A stretch of DNA of 32,000 nt from Opitutales bacterium (GTDB lineage: Bacteria > Verrucomicrobiota > Verrucomicrobiia > Opitutales > PNEW01): the NCBI GenBank assembly GCA_965219535.1, contig CBDCNV010000002.1, forward strand, positions 960,001 to 992,000, given 5' to 3'. Positions within the stretch are counted from its first letter, which is position 1. Every line of letters begins with the position of its first letter. Of this stretch, positions 16,611-24,699 are shown piece after piece. The position numbers and the translations under genes are program-made. Below the pieces are notes generated by a model. That model was not told the DNA's origin and searched no databases. It saw only the letters and a list, made by a program, of their open reading frames with translations.

Positions 16611-16825
16611 TGGTTATAGGCACAACGCATAATACTATTATCGATTCTTGACCGACGATTAATAAGTAGCACGATGAAATCCAATGATCTCGGATACACC
16701 TCTAAATGTAAGAGCACGTAGTTTGTGCCTGAACTTTTTTACCGAAACATCAGTTAAATAATTTAATCGTAAGCAGATAGAATAGCCAAAGCGATGACAC
16801 TTTCCGTTACTAAACGAGTAGAATA

Positions 16826-18052
16826 ATGTCTCAGGATACAATTGATACTTTTGACACACTCTTACTGACGCCTCAATACCTGGCTGATCCCTACGCGGTC
16901 TTCAGTGATCTGCGCAGCAACGATCCCGTTCACTGGAGTGAGCGCATGAATGGTTGGGTTGTGACGCGATATGATGATGTAAAGATTGCCTTGCAGGACA
17001 CGCGATTAATTTCAGGACAGAGACTGCGTTCTTACATGGGGCAGTTTCCGGAGGCTATACAAAAGAGAATGGAACCCCTTTATAATAATTACACCAAGTG
17101 GTTGGTGATGATGGATCCCCCGAATCATACTCGACTTCGCGCACTTGTTAATAAGGCCTTTACGCCACGCATGGTTGAAGGACTGCGGCCTCTCATACAA
17201 AAATTAAACGATGAGTTGTTCGATGCCTTTGAAGCCGCAGGACGAATGGATGCTATTAAGGGCCTCGCGTATCCACTACCTGCTTCAGTTATCTCAGAAA
17301 TGTTGGGCATTCCGCAAAAAGACCGCCAACAGTTTAATCAATGGGCTGACGAGATGACAGCGTTTCTGGGAAGTGGACGACCGAAAGTGGAACTAGCGGA
17401 AGCAGCACTTAAAAGCGTAGGTGAGTTAACGCGTTATTTTTTACCAATTGTGACTGAGCGTCGAGAAAACCCAAAGGAAGATCTGATCAGCATCTTAGTA
17501 GGGGTAGAAGAGGAGGGACAAAAGATAACGGAAGATGAAATACTGGCGATGTGCATTTTTCTGTTGGTGGCAGGGCATGAAACGACGATGGCCCTAATCT
17601 CAAATGGTCTTCTCTCCCTTCTGCGTTACCCTGATCAGTTTGATAAGTTAAAAAAAGATCCCGTCTTAGTTGAATCCGCGGTAGAAGAATTTTTGCGTTA
17701 TGATAGTCCCTTGCAGCACCAAATAAGGATTGCTGATGAAGACTTTGAAATGCGGGGTAAAGCGATTAAAAAAGGACAACGGGTTGTCCTGATGCTGGGT
17801 GCGGCAAACCATGATCCAGAGATGTTCCCGAATCCGGATCAACTGGATATCTGTCGAAGTCCAAACAGACACCTGGCCTTTGGTCTCGGGAAGCATTTTT
17901 GTATCGGGGCTCCCTTAGCAAGGTTGGAAGGGCACATGGTTTTTACCGACATACTACGTCGATTTCCCACTTTAAAACTTGAAAATGAAGACATTGAATG
18001 GCGGATTGATACGTCGATGCGAAACCCAAAAGAAATGTGGGTCACCTTTTAA
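16826..18052 (+). CDS. Cytochrome P450, paralogue of 14584-15816
   Basis: 408-aa ORF. LLVAGHETT, EEFLRYDSP, FGLGKHFCIGAPLAR. Collinear with the first P450 along its whole length. Confidence 0.95.
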   Translation: MSQDTIDTFDTLLLTPQYLADPYAVFSDLRSNDPVHWSERMNGWVVTRYDDVKIALQDTRLISGQRLRSYMGQFPEAIQKRMEPLYNNYTKWLVMMDPPNHTRLRALVNKAFTPRMVEGLRPLIQKLNDELFDAFEAAGRMDAIKGLAYPLPASVISEMLGIPQKDRQQFNQWADEMTAFLGSGRPKVELAEAALKSVGELTRYFLPIVTERRENPKEDLISILVGVEEEGQKITEDEILAMCIFLLVAGHETTMALISNGLLSLLRYPDQFDKLKKDPVLVESAVEEFLRYDSPLQHQIRIADEDFEMRGKAIKKGQRVVLMLGAANHDPEMFPNPDQLDICRSPNRHLAFGLGKHFCIGAPLARLEGHMVFTDILRRFPTLKLENEDIEWRIDTSMRNPKEMWVTF

Positions 18053-18098
18053 TGATAAATTAACTATAAAATCTGAATAAATAAAACGGGAAAGAAGT

Positions 18099-18407
18099 AT
18101 GGGAAAATTGATTACTTTAACTAAGGCAGAAGAGCTATCACCTGGGCAGTGTCGCGCTTTTGACGTCGAAGGCGCGAAAATCGCAATCTTTAATGTCGAT
18201 GGAAATTATTATGCGATCGACAATATCTGTACCCACGATTATGCGCCACTAACAGATGGTGATGTAGAGGGTACGACCGTAATTTGCCCTTGGCATATGG
18301 CGGAATTTGATTTAAAGACAGGTGCAGTGTTAACGCCTCCAGCAACTGAAAACTTAAAAAGCTATAAAGTTTCTATAACCGACGGTGATCTTCAAATTGA
18401 GATTTAA
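18099..18407 (+). CDS. Rieske-type [2Fe-2S] ferredoxin (small soluble, BphF/TodB-like)
   Basis: 102-aa ORF. CTHDYAPL ... CPWHMAEF is the C-x-H...C-x-x-H Rieske ligand pattern at typical spacing. Confidence 0.9.
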   Translation: MGKLITLTKAEELSPGQCRAFDVEGAKIAIFNVDGNYYAIDNICTHDYAPLTDGDVEGTTVICPWHMAEFDLKTGAVLTPPATENLKSYKVSITDGDLQIEI

Positions 18408-18451
18408 GCTCAGTCGAAAGGGAAACCAAATTTTATAAATTAGGATAAACT

Positions 18452-18889
18452 ATGACAGTAAAAGCAATTAGACATACAGGTATTGTAGTCAGCGACATGG
18501 AAACCGCCTTACCTTTTTACCGGGATCTACTCGGTCTTGAAATCTGGTGGGATGAGATTGAAGAGGGCCCATTATGTGAAACAGTGGTTGGTGTTAAGGG
18601 TGCAAAAATGCATACTGTAAAATTGAAAGCACCCGACGGGGTATCGATTGAACTATTGCAATATTTAAATACCCCTAGCCCGGTCCCTCCCTTGTCCAAT
18701 GCGAATGATGTAGGCTGCAACCATGTAGCAATTCAGGTTGAAGATATTGACAGCTTGTATGAGCACGCAGTTGAGCAAGGCATTCGATTCAATACTAAAC
18801 CGATTGTCGCCGCGGGCGGCAAAGCAAAGGTGACCTACTGCCGAGACTTTGAAGGGGTATACCTGGAATTGGTCGAAGTGCTATCCTGA
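18452..18889 (+). CDS. VOC superfamily protein (glyoxalase / bleomycin-resistance / extradiol dioxygenase fold)
   Basis: 145-aa ORF. IRHTGIVVSDMETALPFYRDLLGLE and NHVAIQVEDIDSLYEHAVEQG match paired beta-alpha-beta-beta-beta VOC modules. YLELVE at the C-terminus. Confidence 0.8.
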   Translation: MTVKAIRHTGIVVSDMETALPFYRDLLGLEIWWDEIEEGPLCETVVGVKGAKMHTVKLKAPDGVSIELLQYLNTPSPVPPLSNANDVGCNHVAIQVEDIDSLYEHAVEQGIRFNTKPIVAAGGKAKVTYCRDFEGVYLELVEVLS

Positions 18890-18934
18890 ATTATTATTCT
18901 TCCCGTTATTGGAAATTAATCTTGTTATTTTAAT

Positions 18935-20272
18935 ATGGTTTTTGATACCAACGACTTGACACCGGTTGCAACGAAAAAGGTAGAGACCCGCTATCGGCGC
19001 ATAACGACGTCTATTCCGGTACCGGAATCTATCGCACCCATTCAACGTTTAAGAGCGGTGGAACCCAAGGGTGCGCATGGTATGCCTCCCATTTTCTGGC
19101 ACCAGGCTGAAGGTTTTCTCATTCGCGATCCCTACGGCAATCAATGGATAGATCTGACCAGTGGCATTGTCGTGACCAATGTTGGTCATGCCCATCCCAA
19201 AATAATAAAAGCGGTAAAAGAGCAAATTGATTCCCCGCTTATTTTTACCTACATTTTCTCATCCGATGTGCGCACACGTCTGCTTGAACGTATAGCAAAA
19301 TTGGCACCGGTAGAACTTGATAAAGCGGTAGTCTTTTGTTCAGGCAGCGAAGCGAACGAGTGTGCGATCAGCCTGATGCGAAAACATGGTCTCACGATTT
19401 CACCTGAGAAGATTGGCATTCTTTCAATGGAGGAATCTTTTCATGGGCACACCCTGGCGACAGCTTTTACTATGGGGCCGCCAGGATTAGTGGATGGAAT
19501 TAACCGTGAAGCCGCTTTTCATACCCAAATACCCAGGCCCGATTCCACGCGTTCGAAGGGATTTTTAGAAGACTTGGAAACGCTTAAGGTCAACCCTGAT
19601 AAGATTGCCGGAATTATATTGGAATCAATCACCGGCTGGGCGACTAAACCTTACCCCCAGGAATACATAGAGTCAGTAATGACTTGGGCACGAGAGCATC
19701 AGGTTCTCGTAACGATGGATGAAGTACAGGCGGGGATGGGACGGTCGGGGCGTCTATTCGCCTTTGAGCACTATGGAATAGTTCCGGATCTTATCACTTG
19801 TGGAAAGGGACTGAGCTCAAGTCTGCCCGTATCGGCAGTTAAAGGGAGAAAGGAGTTAATGGATCTCCCAGGTGGAAGTATGTCAAGCACCTTTGGGGGC
19901 AATCCCGTCTGCGCGGCAGCGGCATTGGCATGTATTGATGTCATTGAAGACGAGAAATTGGTCGAGAGATCCAAGACTTTAGGTGATAAGCTTGGCAAGG
20001 AACTCGAAGCCATCGCTGACCGACATCGGCGTTATATAAACTGGGTTGATGGCCGGGGGCTATTTAGATCTATACACCTCAAAGACCCGGTAACAGGTGA
20101 ACAAGTACCCGATTTGGTAAATGAAATGACCATGGAGTGTATCCGACGTGGAGTGATGTTATTTCATACCGGGCGTTTTTTTAAAATTGTTCCCCCCTTG
20201 ATTATCGAAGAGGATGCACTATTCGAAGCGATCGGTGTGATTAGCGATGTGTTCGATGATTATCTAAAATAA
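18935..20272 (+). CDS. Class-III PLP aminotransferase (GABA/ornithine aminotransferase-like)
   Basis: 445-aa ORF. SGSEANECAI, MDEVQAGMGRSGRLFAFEHYGIVPDLITCGKGLSS (DEVQ.G.GR.G and the PLP-lysine in CGKG). Confidence 0.92.
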   Translation: MVFDTNDLTPVATKKVETRYRRITTSIPVPESIAPIQRLRAVEPKGAHGMPPIFWHQAEGFLIRDPYGNQWIDLTSGIVVTNVGHAHPKIIKAVKEQIDSPLIFTYIFSSDVRTRLLERIAKLAPVELDKAVVFCSGSEANECAISLMRKHGLTISPEKIGILSMEESFHGHTLATAFTMGPPGLVDGINREAAFHTQIPRPDSTRSKGFLEDLETLKVNPDKIAGIILESITGWATKPYPQEYIESVMTWAREHQVLVTMDEVQAGMGRSGRLFAFEHYGIVPDLITCGKGLSSSLPVSAVKGRKELMDLPGGSMSSTFGGNPVCAAAALACIDVIEDEKLVERSKTLGDKLGKELEAIADRHRRYINWVDGRGLFRSIHLKDPVTGEQVPDLVNEMTMECIRRGVMLFHTGRFFKIVPPLIIEEDALFEAIGVISDVFDDYLK

Positions 20273-20326
20273 TTATTCTACCGATCTTATGATTATATTA
20301 TGACGCGTTAAATTAGGATAAGAATA

Positions 20327-21100
20327 ATGTCAGAACCGATGTTAGTGGATTTGAATGGCAGGCATGCCCTGGTAACCGGGGGAGGGACAGGTATCGGCAA
20401 TGCCATATCTATTGGCCTCGCGCGCTGCGGTGCGACCGTCGTCGTCAATTATTCGCGCAGTGAAAAAGAGGCGAATGAAACCGTCGCCGCGATTAAAGAT
20501 CAGGGCGGGCAGGCGCTAGCGGTAAAAGCGGATGTGACGGATGAGAGCCAGGTAAAAAATCTGGTGGAGACGGCGGTAAAAGAATTTGGAGGATTAGATA
20601 TCCTTGTTGCCAATGCGGGTGGACCGACAAAAGTCATTCCCACGGCAGAATTATCCAGTGAAGACTGGGATCGAGGGTTGGGTTTAAATTGCAAGGCAGT
20701 ATTTTATTGCACTAAACATGCAATCCCGCACTTACCCGATAAAAAAGGAAGGATCATTATTACTTCATCGATAAGCGCACGAAGCGGCGGTGGACCAGGA
20801 ATGGTAACCTATGCTGCCGCTAAGGGTGCGATCAACAATGTAGTAAGAGGATGGGCTAAAGAATATGGTCCACGTGAAATTACAGTTAATGCTATTGCTC
20901 CAGGTATTATCTGGACTCGCATTCATCGGGACGGTACCGATCCCGAAGACTATAAAAATTTACTCACGCGCATTCCCGTGGGACGCGATGGTAAACCTGA
21001 AGACTGTGTAGGAACAGTACTATTGTTGGCGAGTGATGATGGCAGCTATATCACGGGACAGATCATCGAGATCAATGGCGGCATGCAAATGCCTTCTTAA
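20327..21100 (+). CDS. SDR family oxidoreductase (FabG-like)
   Basis: 257-aa ORF. ALVTGGGTGIGNAI, NAGG, YAAAKGA (YxxxK), ITGQIIEINGG. Confidence 0.92.
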   Translation: MSEPMLVDLNGRHALVTGGGTGIGNAISIGLARCGATVVVNYSRSEKEANETVAAIKDQGGQALAVKADVTDESQVKNLVETAVKEFGGLDILVANAGGPTKVIPTAELSSEDWDRGLGLNCKAVFYCTKHAIPHLPDKKGRIIITSSISARSGGGPGMVTYAAAKGAINNVVRGWAKEYGPREITVNAIAPGIIWTRIHRDGTDPEDYKNLLTRIPVGRDGKPEDCVGTVLLLASDDGSYITGQIIEINGGMQMPS

Positions 21101-21316
21101 GCGTGAATGCGATAACGCGTGAATGCGAATAAGCGGAGGAGAGGATGTTTGAAAGTGAACAGTGAATCGATTGCGGATTTCGTTAATTCAAAAGTCGAAT
21201 CTCGAAAGTAATCAATGTTTAGTTTTGATTAATTTGCTTAACACTTAAACAAAAAACTTAAGACGCATGTAGTGCCAATCCTCACTTTTAACCTTGGACT
21301 TTTGACTTTCGACTAG
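21101..21316 (+). repeat. Composite short-period intergenic element, copy C
   Basis: It starts on the base after the SDR stop: gcgtgaat|gcgataac|gcgtgaat|gcgaataa|gcggagga|gaggatgt (21101-21148). It ends aaccttg|gactttt|gactttc|gactag (21290-21316), overlapping the stop of the convergent gene. The termini resemble copies A and B. The interior has diverged and is AT-rich. Confidence 0.6.
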
Positions 21317-22641
21317 TCAGAAGAGGGCCAGGGGTGGTTCTTGGGATCGAGAATACGGGTTGGAGCAAAGTATGCACAAGGGTAATCGTCTGGTCCCTCG
21401 AGATCAAGAATCTGCTGCACAACATGGTGTGCGCCATTAAACGAGACCGCAGTTCCAGATCCACACATGCCACCGATAATATACTGTCGCTTTCCATCGA
21501 GTAATCCGATGACTGGATATTCATCGGCTGTGAATCCAGCGGTACCACTCCATTCATGAGTCATATGAATTTTACTTTGTCCAAATAAGCGGTGAATCTC
21601 GCTGATGACATATTTGGTGATAAAGCGAGAAGGATTGTTGCACCCTGCGTTGCGATAATTAATGGGTGTCTCATCTGAGCCCAGCGTAATTCCATCACCC
21701 TGACGCCCAAAAAATCCACGACTATTGCTGAGTCCAACGTGGGGTTGCATTTCATTTGGTCCACCTTCTCCGTATGCATTTTGCGTCTGAACCGCATGGA
21801 CTAAATTGCCATACTGACGATGAAGAATTGCGGTGTAGGATTCCGTGGCGTTGATCACGTACTTCGCTTTTATTCTTCCCCGGTTAGTATTTACAAGATA
21901 GAAGTCGCCAGCATCTTCAACTCGCGTCACGCGCGTTCGGGTATAAAGGTTCACATGGGAACTGCGAAGAGCAATCTCAAGAAGAGACCAAACCCATTTT
22001 GCCGGATGAAAGGTTGCCGTACCTCGTGAAAATCCGGCTGGGCAATCTACAATCATTCCTCCACGTCGTTTAGCTTCTTCCGGAGAAATTGTAGTCCAGT
22101 CATCAAACCCTGCTTCACAACCCAGACGAACCGATTCCATCAGAACCGTTTGATCCTCGATTTCGCAACCCTGAATCCATCCCTTTCTCTGGTAATCACA
22201 CGCTATTCCCTCTTCCTTAATCGTATTTTCAATCATCTCCCCATTTTTGTAAGCACTTTTAGTATAAGTAGATGCAAATTTTAAACTGAGTATGTCTCGC
22301 TCGTTCTCGCTCAAATCGGGGCGGACCTTTTCGAGATAGGGGCTCACCGTTTTTTTTACCATCGCAAAATAGCGGCCCATAACAATTTCACCCCCATTGC
22401 GACCGCTCGCCCCCGACGCGGGATCATCCATTTCCAATACGATCATCGGCTTCGCCTTATGTTTCGACCAGAAATAAGCACAACCGGCACCTGTAAATCC
22501 TGCTCCGATAACGACCACTTCACACTCATCGGGAAGGTTTACTTCTGGTTGAGATGACCAGGGATGATTGGCCAGTGGGTTCTCAGTGAGAAGCCAGAAG
22601 GGGGTGCGTGAAATTTTACGATCAAAATTCACGGTCGTCAT
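21313..22641 (-). CDS. FAD-dependent oxidoreductase, DAO family
   Basis: The ORF is open to 22857 (514 aa), but the first 72 codons are Arg-rich and non-protein-like. Met73 (ATG at 22641, MTTVNFDRK...) precedes ECEVVVIGAGFTGAGCAYFW (GxGxxG) at a typical distance. C-terminal IIGGMCGSGTAVSF. Confidence 0.85.
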   Translation of the reverse strand: MTTVNFDRKISRTPFWLLTENPLANHPWSSQPEVNLPDECEVVVIGAGFTGAGCAYFWSKHKAKPMIVLEMDDPASGASGRNGGEIVMGRYFAMVKKTVSPYLEKVRPDLSENERDILSLKFASTYTKSAYKNGEMIENTIKEEGIACDYQRKGWIQGCEIEDQTVLMESVRLGCEAGFDDWTTISPEEAKRRGGMIVDCPAGFSRGTATFHPAKWVWSLLEIALRSSHVNLYTRTRVTRVEDAGDFYLVNTNRGRIKAKYVINATESYTAILHRQYGNLVHAVQTQNAYGEGGPNEMQPHVGLSNSRGFFGRQGDGITLGSDETPINYRNAGCNNPSRFITKYVISEIHRLFGQSKIHMTHEWSGTAGFTADEYPVIGLLDGKRQYIIGGMCGSGTAVSFNGAHHVVQQILDLEGPDDYPCAYFAPTRILDPKNHPWPSSD

Positions 22642-22880
22642 CGCTTCCGGTATAACAATAAAGACTTGTCGCAACGACCAAAGAAAAAATCTGTAATGTC
22701 GAACGGGAAAAATGTCTTTTGAAAACGACTTGCGCATGAATGTAGCGGCAGCGCGAAAATCATGAGAACGTAAATCAAGAATTAATCGCAGTGCTACGCG
22801 CAGACGGAAGAGAAAACTACATAAATTTCTTTCCGGTCGCTTAATATTTCTCATCAATCAATGACATAAAATCTGAATGG

Positions 22881-23884
22881 TCAGAACTTGTACCCTAAGC
22901 CGAGAATGATTCGTTCTTGTGTTCTGTCTACACCAGCACGTAAATTTTCATCAAAGTCTAATTCATATCTTAAATTAGCAACCACGCGATTGGATACCTG
23001 AGCTTGCAATCTTGTCAAAAATTGAAAAGTCAGCGGGTCGGCAGCATTAGGATTAATCGATATATCTGCTTCTTGGTACAAGGTTATTTGATCACTGATC
23101 TTGTAACGAAGATCCTGGAAAAAAGAGCCTAATAATTCCCAATCATCGGTAACAGTTGGAATTCTCTGGTAGCGACCTGTCAAAGCCGGGGTAATAGAAA
23201 ATTCGAAAGATTCTTTATCAATAATTCTCCAACCTACCCCAAGGCTCTGTTTAAAGTCATCATCAATCTCTTTGATGAGATCTTTCAAATAAGAACTATC
23301 GTACTGCGTAAATAGGCGATCCGATATATCTCGCCGCCAACGAAAACCGATACTGTAGCGATCACGATTGACAACGCTGATACCACTAAGATTTTGAAAA
23401 CTGTAATCATATCTTCCATTGAAGAAATATTGGTTTTTCCCGGCTTCATGACGAAAGTTTAATGCTAAATTAACATCCTGTTGGTTGCGCTGTCCGGTAC
23501 TTAATCGATAACCTGCAGTGATAGAAGAGTCTAATACTTTTCCCGGAGGTGCATCTGAAATAAACGCACTAAGGTATGGCCATTTTGACTTTTTAATCGG
23601 TGTGGAATCTTTATCAGATATCAATTTCTCAGCTCCAGCTACTGATTCAATCTGGGTAGCAGCATCGGTTGCTTTTTTATGCGTAAGTATTTTTCCTTGA
23701 GTGGAATTAACCGTAATCTCACCAAGAATATCACTGTCAAAAAAGATGAGGCCACGTTCTTCTTTGATTAATATACCGGTAATCCGATCGCCGTTTGAAA
23801 GTTCGAGAGTGCTGGCGAAGAGAAAGGGAATATCTATTAAAATGAGAATTAAAATCCAAAAATTATTTTATGATTAGATATCAT
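22881..23884 (-). pseudogene. DUF481-like outer-membrane beta-barrel protein gene, interrupted by a 1-nt frameshift near the 5' end (or a homopolymer sequencing error)
   Basis: The track ORF 22881-23624 starts at an internal TTG and has no signal peptide. The same frame stays open upstream to 23867 and encodes NNFWILILILIDIPFLFASTLELSNGDRITGILIKEERGLIFFDSDILGEITVN, which is a hydrophobic signal core plus the NGD-x-(I/L)-TG motif seen at DUF481 N-termini. It has no start codon. An ATG at 23884 (MISNHKIIFGF*) is in the adjacent frame. One extra A in the A5 run at 23858-23862 would join them as MISNHKIIFWILILILIDIPFLFAS.... The C-terminus ends ...LGLGYKF, an aromatic terminal residue as in OM barrels. 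Confidence 0.7.
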
Positions 23885-24039
23885 TTTTATTAAAATAAGT
23901 GATTAAGAAATTCATACGTCAAAATTTATACTCACAACTGGGGTAGAGATACCCAGAATTTAAGTCACGGTTATCGTTATATTGCATATTCGTAAACATA
24001 ACAATTCAAATCCACATTTACGCATCGAGGAATTAAGAT

Positions 24040-24678
24040 TCAATTATCTAATAGATAATTAAAGATAATAAGAAAGTCATTAAAAGTGCGACGGACGGGA
24101 AATTGTCCAAACCTGCGACCCGATGAGATAAGGGGAGGATTGAGCGTAACGACTTTTCCCTGGTGCTTGAGGCGCCGTGAAAAGTCTAAATCCTCCAAAT
24201 TATTTCTCTCGCGGAATCCACCCATTATATCAAAGATACTTCTTTTTACAAAGATCCCTTGATCACCGAAGTGCCAACCGAAGAGACGACTGCGTATGTC
24301 GGCCAGTCGGCAAGTCAATTTAAGAAATAAAGAAGGGTGATCAAATCTGCGGGTAAAGGCGCCACCGACAACCTTATTGTCTTTCAGTGCTTGTTCGACG
24401 CAATCGATTGCGTTATCAGGAATGCAAGTATCCGCGTGGAGAAAAAACAAGGAGTCACCTTTTGCTTCTTTTACGCCGCAATTCATTTGAGCTGCGCGCT
24501 GACACAAAGGTGAATGTACTACGCGAGCGCCTGCTTTTTCAGCCATCTTGACGGTATCATCATCACTGCCGCCATCGACGATAATTAAGTCGCACGGTTT
24601 TTTATTTGCGTCGATGCATTGCAAGGTAGCGGTAAGTAATTCCTCTTCGTTGAAGGTAGGAATAATTACCGAAATCAT
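24040..24678 (-). CDS. Family-2 glycosyltransferase, TIGR04283-like ('rSAM/selenodomain-associated transferase 2' type)
   Basis: 212-aa ORF. ISVIIPTFNEE, LIIVDGGSDDDT, RAAQMNCG, FLHADTCIP, FGDQGIFVKRSIF, LEDLDFSRRL, ISSGRRF. This is the collinear motif series I associate with that family. Confidence 0.8.
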   Translation of the reverse strand: MISVIIPTFNEEELLTATLQCIDANKKPCDLIIVDGGSDDDTVKMAEKAGARVVHSPLCQRAAQMNCGVKEAKGDSLFFLHADTCIPDNAIDCVEQALKDNKVVGGAFTRRFDHPSLFLKLTCRLADIRSRLFGWHFGDQGIFVKRSIFDIMGGFRERNNLEDLDFSRRLKHQGKVVTLNPPLISSGRRFGQFPVRRTFNDFLIIFNYLLDN

Positions 24679-24699
24679 AATGTCTAAAAATTGATAATA

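Noticed and set aside
16659-16859. 66-aa minus-strand ORF in the P450 cluster gap
   Set aside because: It overlaps the start of P450-2 in antisense. It has a Cys/Phe/Tyr-rich composition, no motif and no obvious translation signals.
18452-18889. The VOC protein as a bona fide extradiol ring-cleavage dioxygenase completing a lig-like pathway
   Set aside because: At 145 aa it is a single two-module VOC unit, the size of glyoxalase I or resistance proteins. Typical two-domain extradiol dioxygenases are roughly twice as long. Metal ligands cannot be verified by eye, so it is kept only as a weak thematic hint.
12418-21100. Calling the cluster a secondary-metabolite biosynthetic gene cluster
   Set aside because: I recognised no core scaffold enzyme (PKS, NRPS, terpene cyclase, RiPP precursor or maturase), resistance gene or exporter in or next to it. 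Catabolic or tailoring function is at least as likely, so the BGC label is not asserted.
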